Source: Paramoeba atlantica (lineage: Eukaryota; Protista; Discosea). From it: 64,000 bases of DNA. The stretch is from positions 248,001 to 312,000 of the forward strand of contig CDRNVI010000048.1 in the NCBI GenBank assembly GCA_977017575.1, given 5' to 3'. Under the pieces are notes generated by a model. It saw only the letters and a program-made list of their open reading frames with translations, ran no database searches and was not told the DNA's origin. Positions 54,016 through 64,000 of this stretch are shown here, piece after piece; the stretch's first letter is position 1; each line of letters opens with the position of its first letter. Both the position numbers and the translations under genes were made by a program.

Positions 54016-56917
54016 TCTTTTTTACTTACTTTCCTACTTACTTTACTTCGCCCTTATCAACTTCGCCCGCTTCTCTCCCTTATCTCCACCCCTCAAAGAA
54101 ACCATCCGCGACTTTCCGACTTCACCCGCTTCTTTCCCTCACTTCCCCCCCCCCCGAGCATCCATCCGCGCCTTCCAAACTTTGCCCTCCTCTTTCCCTC
54201 ACTTCCCCCCAGAAATCAATCCGCGCGTGCTCCACCCCTTCTTCCAGCAGTGCGCGCTTCGGACCGGGTCTCTCGACCTCTCCACGGCCTGGCTTGGGAA
54301 CCCTTCCCTTGTTATGCGGGAGGGCGCAGGCGCGGGCATGTGCCGACAGCGGCACGGTCACGAAGTTGGGTTTTGATCGCCGGATTCGGATGAATGTTCC
54401 GAATCCATACCTGTCTCACATTGGGGTACCTTGCTCGTGAAAGCGAGGCGTGAGGATAGGCACTGTCGGCTCGATCGGCCTCGGGCCGCTCTGGAGGCTA
54501 TTCCTCCAGAGTTGCGATGGGGTCTTCGGAAGGTGAACGAGCAACCATCATGCGCGCTTGAAAGCGCATAAGGGTTATGTTTAGTTCAGCGAAGATTCGG
54601 CTCGTTGCCTCACCTTCCGAAAGTAGACCCCCCGAGGCGTGCGAACACCTCTCACCGACTTTGCGGAGCACGGCTGAAGCGCTGGGGCTCCAGGCGCCAT
54701 AACTTTCGACAACCATGGCCGTAAAGTCGCATCCTGCCTCTACGGCTTCTCGACGCTGCTTGCCCTTCTCCATTGAGGAATAATGTTCGGCAAATGACCC
54801 CGCGGCAACCCAGCTAGCGTTTCGGACTTTGTCCGTATATTTTAATTGCTGAGCATGGGTGACCGCGAAGTCAAGCACAATGGGATTTCCAAGAAAAAGG
54901 CTGGGCAAGTATATGTCGCCAGGTCTGGTGAGGGCCCCGCCTGGGCCCCTGTTCCCGAGACTCTTTTCTCGTTGAGGGGCGAGGCGGGCTCGACTGCACA
55001 CGTCCGCGAACTGGTCCGTAACAGCGTTGTGCCTGGTCACAATACCATGGCCATGTTTGCAAGACAGTGCATGGTCCCCTTTGCTGTCAAGGGGGAGCGA
55101 GCATTTCGGCATGGGGCACGTGCTATCTTCATGGTAGATGTCCACGCCTAACCACCAACGGGCCAAAGTTCGGAATTGTGTGGGGGTAAAGGCGTGCCCA
55201 AGGTCTTTCGAAGGAGTCACAAAGGCCCAGCTGCTCGCTCCCGTGCCACACTGGGAGATCCACCTTGCACGGGTTCGTGCGTCAGTTGTCTCATATTCCT
55301 GGGAAAAGGCATGGGCTGCAATAGCATAACTGATTACCCGCTGGCGCGGGATCTTCCCTTTGGGCCACTGTGGGGGTAGCATGTCCTGGCATTCTTCAGA
55401 ACCGTAGAGGGGAGTCGAGAGTGGGTAGGCATCCGTGGGTGTGTTGGCCGTGCGGGAAGTCGTACGAAGAATATGTCCCGGAGGCTCGTCCGGGGGGTGA
55501 GGATCATTCCCTGGCGGAGGGCGCCTTCTCTTCCGGTAGGAGTACGGCGCGCTCAGGGCCTTCTCGCATGGGGCGTTGGGAGTCGTGAGAACACGACCTC
55601 GGGGATCGAGGAGAGCAGTGCCGGCCTTCTGATTGATGTCGAGGATGGCCTCCGAGAAACCTTCAGCGTCTGTGGGATCCCAGGAATCTGTGGCAGAGGC
55701 AAAGGCGACGGATGCAACGTAAGCCGCGGAAGCGTGGAGAGCTGCGGATCTCAGACCTAATCCCCCATGACGCTTCAGTCGCTGTGCTTGAGATTGTGCT
55801 GACCTGTCCAGAGGACAGATGATTGCCTCTATAGCGGTCATGAGAAAGTCGTCTAAACGGGAGCAAAGGTGAATCAGGGACTGTGGGGGCGTGCTTCTCA
55901 TGGCATACACCATTTGACAGAACCCCGCACATTGACGAATTAGGGCAAGCGCGACCTGGGGGTCCTGAATGTTGGTGATGGCATCGAGGGTATCCTCGGC
56001 TGGTTCTAGGGCGTGAGAAAGAAGATAAGCAGAGCAGTGGTCGGCGGATCCTACAGGACTCCCTAGTATGTCAAAGTTCCCCTGCGAATTGATCTTCTCG
56101 TCGGGTATGTCTGGGAAGTAATCAGCCTGGTGGGCCGAGCTGGGGGAAGTAATAATTTCGCATTTCGACGTATTGAGATACAAGCCCCATTGAGGTCCTA
56201 CTCGGGCGATCGTGTCTAGGGCGTCTCTAACTTCCTGCGCCTGGCCAACGAGGACGCCATCGTCGAGATACCAGAGTTGGGCGGGAATATCAGTTTGAAG
56301 GTTAATGGCTTCTGAGAGCTCCAGGGCCACTAACGAGAAGAGCAATGGTCCTAGGGGATCGCCCTGTTGTACTCCTTCCTCGGAGGAGATGAATCGGGCC
56401 CCGTAGGTAAGAGAGATGGGGTCGGAATAGCACCAATTGATCCAAGGGAAGAGTTCCGGGAAATATTCCTGTACTAGTGGAAGGAAGGCAGCCCTGCTTA
56501 CGTTATTGAAAGCGTTACGTAGGTCCACTTTGCACATGACGAAGTTCGGGTTTTCCATATTGGACGACATGGCCAGGCGACACATGTGAATGACTCTTTC
56601 GGCCCCGGCTGTCGCTGCCACTCCGTACTGTTTGCCTTCAAAGAGCTCGCTCGCTTTGGGTCGGATTGCGTTGCATACGGCTTTGCTCGCTAATCGCCGA
56701 AGGGTTTCACCGGCAGCGATCGGACGAACATCATTTTCGCCCTTTGATAGGGCGCATAAGCGCGCCCCTGCGAAGTGCGCCTGTACTTCAGAGGGTGCCT
56801 TCCCAGCTAGGAGGTGATTTGTTAGCTTTGTGAGGGATCGGAGAAAGTCATTTCCGTGTACGAGCAGTGCTGCCTGTAGGTGCTCTGGGCGTAAGTTCCT
56901 CTTTAAGTAGTTCCTCT
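54016..56917 (-). mobile_element. 5'-truncated CRE family G copy 1
   Basis: Frame open 56894-54498 (LRPEHL...RT...REL...PIATLEE*); GAGGAAC is duplicated at the 5' break. Confidence 0.9.
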
Positions 56918-57079
56918 TTTTTTTTTTTTAGCAAATCTTTTTGTTTCCACAGATGTACCTTTTGTTTTTTTCTCTCAGCCCAAAACTAGCAATTTAATCT
57001 CCCCTAAGTATATACTACTTCTTTTTACACTTTTTTACTACTTTTTTTTACTACTTTTTTTTTTTTCCTCTTTTTTTGC

Positions 57080-60000
57080 AATAAATAGGGGGGGAGAAGT
57101 ATAAAACGCGGCATTGCCTCTATATTTTTACTCAGTAGACGAACCAAGTAGGTCCATTGGGGGGGGTATATGATTTGTAAACAAGCAATCAAATTAGCAA
57201 TTTCACATTTTTTTTTTTTAAAGTTAGGCTCAGAATAGAAACAAGCAACTGTACGAAAAGTAAAAGAATGTTCAACCGAGCAAACGGCCCAAAAAACAGC
57301 AAATAAGAACCCGTTCCCACCCCCAAAAAAAACCTTCCCCAAAAAACGAATACCCAAAGCCCCAAAAAGAAACCACCCGAGAAAACCAGCCAATAGAAAC
57401 GAGGCCTCCTCCCTTGACACCGACTCCTTCACTTTCCTACTGAGCTCCTACTCCTCTTTTCCGTAACCTAAGAGCACTGTGTCAGGGACCGCCGCTGGGG
57501 ATCGTAATACAAGCATGCGAGCTTGCGACCTCATGAGGGTAATGTTGAGAGATGAAAGGAGGTGATGCAAGGCATCGCTTTTAGGGAGGGTATCCCCTGA
57601 GTTCGCCATCTTTTTAGTTGAAATTTCCCTAAGAACCGCCATGGCGCTGGGACTCCAGGCGCCATAGGACTCTACTACCATTGCCGCGAACTTGTACCCA
57701 GCCGTGTTAGCCTCTTCCCGTTGTCTTCTCTTGTTCTCGGTAGCATAGCGCTCCGCAAATGACCCGGCCGTCACCCCGTTAGCGTCACGGACTGAGTCCG
57801 TATATTTTTGTTGCTGTACATGGGTGACGGCAAAGTCAAGCACAAGACCCTCGCCAAGCCCGAAATTTTTGATGAAGACATCACCAGGCCTGGTGAGGGC
57901 GCCCCCCTGCCCCTTGTTTCCCAAGCTCATTTCCCTCTGGGTAGTGAACCCAGCCTTAGAACATTCAGAAGAAAATTCTGCGGCCAGGGCATTATGCCGC
58001 GAGGTGATACCATGTCCACTTTTGCAAGCCAATGCGTGATCGCCCTCAGGACCCAACGGTTGGGTGCACTTCTCCATGGGACAAGATCGGGGACCCGGAT
58101 ATATTTGCTCCCCTAGCCACCAACGTCCAATCCAATCCAATCCAAAAGACCGACATATGTCGGTTAGAATGTTAAATGTTTTCCCCCCGAACTTATACTC
58201 CCTCGCCTTCCAGTTCAGAGTTTAGTAGTGCCTACTATTTTACTTTCACACAATACTTTTCCTTATCTTCCTGAACTCTTCCTCAGGGTATTCCGAACCT
58301 GCTGGTGGAAGCACGTCTTCCGCCCAACTCTTACTATGAAGGCGCCCTCTTCCCACCAGTTTTCGCAATCTTCCCGCACAGCTTGACTTTAGCCTCGGCG
58401 CCGCGCTTGGGTGCTGGATTGGTTTTCGTCTTTCCCTTTTCCAAGGTTCTATGTTTTATCAGCTTTTCCAAGGATTTGTCGATTTGTGATGCGTTGGAAT
58501 CATTACTTGTTTTTCTCTTTTTCTGCTCAGGCGGTCGAGGAACTTTTCGCGCTGCAATCAGTGCTAACCCATCTGCCTCCTCGTTCCATTTATTTCCTGA
58601 GTGACCCTTGACTTTGCACATATATATTGAGTAGAAATCATGTTTTAAGGACCGTAATTTTCCGTCTAACTGGGAGAACAAATCTCCATTTAAAACCCCC
58701 TTGTAACCAACGATTCGCCACCAACGTACCAGAGTCCGAAACTCGGTTGGGGTATAAGCGTGGCCGTTCTTTTTCGACGGCAATACAAAAGCCCATTCTG
58801 CTGCTCCGTGCCCCGTTTCCGAAATCCATCGAGCCCTCGTACGTGGGTCAGCGAGGGAGAGTGCTTGATGAAACTCGTGAGATGAGATTGCATCGCTTAG
58901 ATCTCGTTGCCGAGGGATTACTGTTTCGGTACTGGATTCTGTAATGCCACGTTTACTGAAAGGCGGAGTGGATGACAAGGCGAAACCTTTCGGTATTCTC
59001 CCTGATTGAATGTCTACGATGTCTTTCCCCACCCTTTTATTGACATCGCTTACGGCTTCTTCGAAACCTTCTGCCTCCGTGGGGTCCCAGCGATCTAGCT
59101 CCGATGCAAATGCGACAGAGGCGATATAGGCTGAAGTAGAGTGCTCTTCCGCGGAACGGAGTCCTAACCCGCCAAATCGCTTGTTTCGTTGTGTTTGACG
59201 GCGGGCCTCGGGGGTCAGAGGACGGAAAAAATTCTCTACCGCGCGTTGCACGGCGTCGTCCAAGCGCCGACAGAGATCCCGAAGTTCAGATGTTGGGGTT
59301 GTTCGTAGGGAGTAAACCATCTGGCAGAAGCCAGTGCAGTGACGAATGAGGGATAAGGCAACCTGGGGGTCTTCGAGGTGCGTTATAGCGTCCAGAGAAT
59401 CTTCTGCCATTTCGACTGCATTGTTGACGAGATATTCACGACAAAACTCTGGCGATCCAACGGGGCTTCCCAGAATGTAAAAATTGCCTTCGAGGTTTTT
59501 GTTAGGGCCAGGGAGATCGGGAAAAACAGAAGAACGATGAGAAGATGCTGGGTGGGTAATAATCTCGCATTTTGCAGCGTTGAGGTGTAGGCCCCATTGT
59601 GGACCCTTCATTTCGATAACGTCGAACGCGTGTCGCACATCACAGGAAGTGCCAGCCAAAACGCCATCATCCAGGTACCAGAGGCTTAGGTCTAATTTGG
59701 GGGCTGCTGCGTGAATTTCTGAGGCGACTTCCCTCATGACTAACGAGAAAAGAAGAGGGCCCAAGGGGTCCCCTTGCTGGACACCCTCACGAGATTTAAT
59801 AACGCGTGTTCCAAAGGTAAGCTTACTTTCCGAAGTGTAGCACCATTCGACGTAAGGAGTAAGCGTGGGGAAATGCTCGCGTGTTAGTGCTATGAACCAG
59901 TCCCTTGAAACTTGGTTGAAGGCATTACGTAGGTCGATTTTACAGAGAACAAAGTCGTCATCTTCCGTGCGAGCAGCAAAGGCCTGGCGACACAGATGTA

Positions 60001-60663
60001 TAACTCGCTCGGCCCCGGCGGGCGTGGCTACCCCGTACTGATGGCCTTTGAAAATTTTGCGGGCTCGCGCTTTTACTGATAGGCAGGCCACTTTACTCAC
60101 CAGACGGCGGAGCGTTTCTCCATCGGCTATTGGGCGCACGTCGTGTTCTCCCTTTTCCAAAGCACATAGCCTTCCTCCGGCAAAGTGGTCTTGAACGTCG
60201 AGTGGTAACTTCCCAGCGAGCATATGGTTGGTGAAATTTGTGAGCGTGCCCAGTGGATTTGTGTGCCCGTCATTGTGATATTGCATTGCCGCTTGCACGT
60301 GTTCTGGGCGGAGGCAAAGTGCGCCACCTGATGATCCTCTGTGGAAGGTTGAGAGCGCAGCTGCGACTTCTTCCTCGGTGACTTTGAGTGGTTCTGTTTC
60401 CGGAGTTAAGCTGGGGGATGTTGTGGATGCGGAGATTCGTGGGGGGTGTTTGGCCTGAAGTTTGGCGTACGTGTTGTCGTCGTCTGGTGCTAGCGGCGAA
60501 GAAGTCAGTGCGGTCATGGCGCGAGAAAGTTCTCCGTCGCGGGCCAGTCGCTCCGCGCGAAGACACGCTTTCTTCCCCTCGTCTTCTAGGCTTGTTGCTT
60601 GCGCAGCACGTTTCTTACGATTCAAAGTCTTACATGTTTCGTTCCAAAGTGATAGATATTGTC
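57080..60663 (-). mobile_element. 5'-truncated CRE family H, interrupted by an RNase H LINE fragment
   Basis: RT 60663-58717, endonuclease 58126-57448 (...GYGKEE*), related to A and A'. Confidence 0.9.
58127..58716 (-). mobile_element. 3' end of an RNase H-encoding non-LTR element with a (GGATT)3 tail
   Basis: 11-bp TSD ACGTTGGTGGC (58116-58126 / 58717-58727). RNase H motifs NGDLFSQLD...KVKGHSGNKWNEEADGLA. Terminal palindrome ACCGACATATGTCGGT. Confidence 0.85.
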
Positions 60664-60689
60664 TTTTTTTTTTTTTTTTTTTTTTTTTT

Positions 60690-61290
60690 GCAATTAATAA
60701 GGGGGGAGATGTATGAAACGCGGCATTGCCTCTATATTACCCATTATGCGAACCAAGTAGGTCCATTGGGGGGATATGAATGTATGTAAATTTCTTAGTT
60801 TTTCCTCCTTCCACAAGCAATCAGCCCACCCCAAACTAGCAAACAATTTCCCCCCACGAAGCCGCCTCCCTGAAGAGAAATGCAGTGAAAAGTCTTTTTT
60901 TTTTTTTTTTTATGCGTTCAAGACTGAAAAATTCTTTCTTCTAAAATATATTCTATGAATGTACGGTATCCCTTTCTTACTTACTTTCCTACTTACTTTA
61001 CTTCGCCCTTATCAACTTCGCCCGCTTCTCTCCCTTATCTCCACCCCTCAAAGAAACCATCCGCGACTTTCCGACTTCACCCGCTTCTTTCCCTCACTTC
61101 CCCCCCCCCGAGCATCCATCCGCGCCTTCCAAACTTTGCCCTCCTCTTTCCCTCACTTCCCCCAAGAAATCAATCCGCGCGTGCTCCACCCCTTCTTCCA
61201 GCAGTGCGCGCTTCGGACCGGGTCTCTCGACCTCTCCACGGCCTGGCTTGGGAACCCTTCCCTTGTTATGCGGGTACCTTTTTTTTTTTT
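60690..61290 (-). mobile_element. Fragment chain: partial G UTR, AT-rich piece, poly(A), 205-nt mini-element
   Basis: 60955-61278 matches the G UTR; 60917-60955 matches 2022-2061; 60690-60894 is the mini-element. Confidence 0.75.
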
Positions 61291-61299
61291 TTTTTTTTT

Positions 61300-64000
61300 T
61301 TACTTTACTTCGCCCTTATCAACTTCGCCCGCTTCTCTCCCTTATCTCCACCCCTCAAAGAAACCATCCGCGACTTTCCGACTTCACCCGCTTCTTTCCC
61401 TCACTTCCCCCCCCCCGAGCATCCATCCGCGCCTTCCAAACTTTGCCCTCCTCTTTCCCTCACTTCCCCCCAGAAATCAATCCGCGAGTGCTCCACCCCT
61501 TCTTCCAGCAGTGCGCGCTTCGGACCGGGTCTCTCTACCTCTCCACGGCCTGGCTTGGGAACCCTTCCCTTGTTATGCGGGAGGGCGCAGGCGCGGGCAT
61601 GTGCCGACAGCGGCACGGTCACGAAGTTGGGTTTTGATCGCCGGATTCGGATGAATGTTCCGAATCCATACCTGTCTCACATTGGGGTACCTTGCTCGTG
61701 AAAGCGAGGCGTGAGGATAGGCACTGTCGGCTCGATCGGCCTCGGGCCGCTCTGGAGGCTATTCCTCCAGAGTTGCGATGGGGTCTTCGGAAGGTGAACG
61801 AGCAACCATCATGCGCGCTTGAAAGCGCATAAGGGTTATGTTTAGTTCAGCGAAGATTCGGCTCGTTGCCTCACCTTCCGAAAGTAGACCCCCCGAGGCG
61901 TGCGAACACCTCTCACCGACTTTGCGGAGCACGGCTGAAGCGCTGGGGCTCCAGGCGCCATAACTTTCGACAACCATGGCCGTAAAGTCGCATCCTGCCT
62001 CTACGGCTTCTCGACGCTGCTTGCCCTTCTCCATTGAGGAATAATGTTCGGCAAATGACCCCGCGGCAACCCAGCTAGCGTTTCGGACTTTGTCCGTATA
62101 TTTTAATTGCTGAGCATGGGTGACCGCGAAGTCAAGCACAATGGGATTTCCAAGAAAAAGGCTGGGCAAGTATATGTCGCCAGGTCTGGTGAGGGCCCCG
62201 CCTGGGCCCCTGTTCCCGAGACTCTTTTCTCGTTGAGGGGCGAGGCGGGCTCGACTGCACACGTCCGCGAACTGGTCCGTAACAGCGTTGTGCCTGGTCA
62301 CAATACCATGGCCATGTTTGCAAGACAGTGCATGGTCCCCTTTGCTGTCAAGGGGGAGCGAGCATTTCGGCATGGGGCACGTGCTATCTTCATGGTAGAT
62401 GTCCACGCCTAACCACCAACGGGCCAAAGTTCGGAATTGTGTGGGGGTAAAGGCGTGCCCAAGGTCTTTCGAAGGAGTCACAAAGGCCCAGCTGCTCGCT
62501 CCCGTGCCACACTGGGAGATCCACCTTGCACGGGTTCGTGCGTCAGTTGTCTCATATTCCTGGGAAAAGGCATGGGCTGCAATAGCATAACTGATTACCC
62601 GCTGGCGCGGGATCTTCCCTTTGGGCCACTGTGGGGGTAACATGTCCTGGCATTCTTCAGAACCGTAGAGGGGAGTCGAGAGTGGGTAGGCATCCGTGGG
62701 TGTGTTGGCCGTGCGGGAAGTCGTACGAAGAATATGTCCCGGAGGCTCGTCCGGGGGGTGAGGATCATTCCCTGGCGGAGGGCGCCTTCTCTTCCGGTAG
62801 GAGTACGGCGCGCTCAGGGCCTTCTCGCATGGGGCGTTGGGAGTCGTGAGAACACGACCTCGGGGATCGAGGAGAGCAGTGCCGGCCTTCTGATTGATGT
62901 CGAGGATGGCCTCCGAGAAACCTTCAGCGTCTGTGGGATCCCAGGAATCTGTGGCAGAGGCAAAGGCGACGGATGCAACGTAAGCCGCGGAAGCGTGGAG
63001 AGCTGCGGATCTCAGACCTAATCCCCCATGACGCTTCAGTCGCTGTGCTTGAGATTGTGCTGACCTGTCCAGAGGACAGATGATTGCCTCTATAGCGGTC
63101 ATGAGAAAGTCGTCTAAACGGGAGCAAAGGTGAATCAGGGACTGTGGGGGCGTGCTTCTCATGGCATACACCATTTGACAGAACCCCGCACATTGACGAA
63201 TTAGGGCAAGCGCGACCTGGGGGTCCTGAATGTTGGTGATGGCATCGAGGGTATCCTCGGCTGGTTCTAGGGCGTGAGAAAGAAGATAAGCAGAGCAGTG
63301 GTCGGCGGATCCTACAGGACTCCCTAGTATGTCAAAGTTCCCCTGCGAATTGATCTTCTCGTCGGGTATGTCTGGGAAGTAATCAGCCTGGTGGGCCGAG
63401 CTGGGGGAAGTAATAATTTCGCATTTCGACGTATTGAGATACAAGCCCCATTGAGGTCCTACTCGGGCGATCGTGTCTAGGGCGTCTCTAACTTCCTGCG
63501 CCTGGCCAACGAGGACGCCATCGTCGAGATACCAGAGTTGGGCGGGAATATCAGTTTGAAGGTTAATGGCTTCTGAGAGCTCCAGGGCCACTAACGAGAA
63601 GAGCAATGGTCCTAGGGGATCGCCCTGTTGTACTCCTTCCTCGGAGGAGATGAATCGGGCCCCGTAGGTAAGAGAGCTGGGGTCGGAATAGCACCAATTG
63701 ATCCAAGGGAAGAGTTCCGGGAAATATTCCTGTACTAGTGGAAGGAAGGCAGCCCTGCTTACGTTATTGAAAGCGTTACGTAGGTCCACTTTGCACATGA
63801 CGAAGTTCGGGTTTTCCATATTGGACGACATGGCCAGGCGACACATGTGAATGACTCTTTCGGCCCCGGCTGTCGCTGCCACTCCGTACTGTTTGCCTTC
63901 AAAGAGCTCGCTCGCTTTGGGTCGGATTGCGTTGCATACGGCTTTGCTCGCTAATCGCCGAAGGGTTTCACCGGCAGCGATCGGACGAACATCATTTTCG
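61300..64000 (-). mobile_element. CRE family G copy 2 (continues beyond the window)
   Basis: ORF >64000-61759 differs from G1 at one residue in the ORF track. Confidence 0.92.

Noticed and set aside
26364-63193. Numerous 60-230 aa plus-strand and alternate-frame ORFs
   Set aside because: They are antisense or shadow frames of element ORFs and UTR repeats, with no recognisable motifs.
1-64000. Telomerase-type (TTAGGG)n or other telomeric repeat tracts
   Set aside because: I saw none, so direct evidence for a terminal location is lacking in this window.
1-64000. CRISPR array or prokaryotic features
   Set aside because: There are no regular repeat-spacer arrays, and the content is eukaryotic retroelements throughout.

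Overview
This is a euglenozoan, kinetoplastid-like window: it carries spliced-leader (SL)-like 36-mers, a trypanosomatid-type 5S rRNA and a VIPER/TATE-like element. It contains no host protein genes. Almost all 64 kb is a unidirectional (minus-strand) head-to-tail chain of polyadenylated retroelement copies. About ten distinct families of CRE-clade non-LTR retrotransposons (2 Zn fingers, RT, CCHC knuckle, restriction-like endonuclease) are present as full-length, 5'-truncated or 3'-UTR-only copies. Each copy's poly(A) is fused directly to the 5' end of the next, without short TSDs. Every full-length copy begins with an SL-exon-like sequence (CTTTAACGATAAAGATACAGTTTCTGTACCTTGTTG), but there is no SL intron or promoter in the window. 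The chain also holds SLACS/CZAR-like RT-REL pieces, a polyadenylated gag-YR-RT/RH (VIPER/TATE-like) element and short 20-200 nt poly(A) fragments. A separate, conventional layer of TSD-flanked (9-11 bp) insertions sits on top: a tRNA-headed SINE (x2, one fused to a complete 5S rRNA), an RNase H-bearing LINE 3' end and a 517-bp structured element. One CRE subgroup shares a ~240-nt covarying 3'-UTR RNA fold with a probable pseudoknot. Family labels (F0, A, A', C, D, E, G, H, F8, F9) are mine. All alignments and folds were done by eye.
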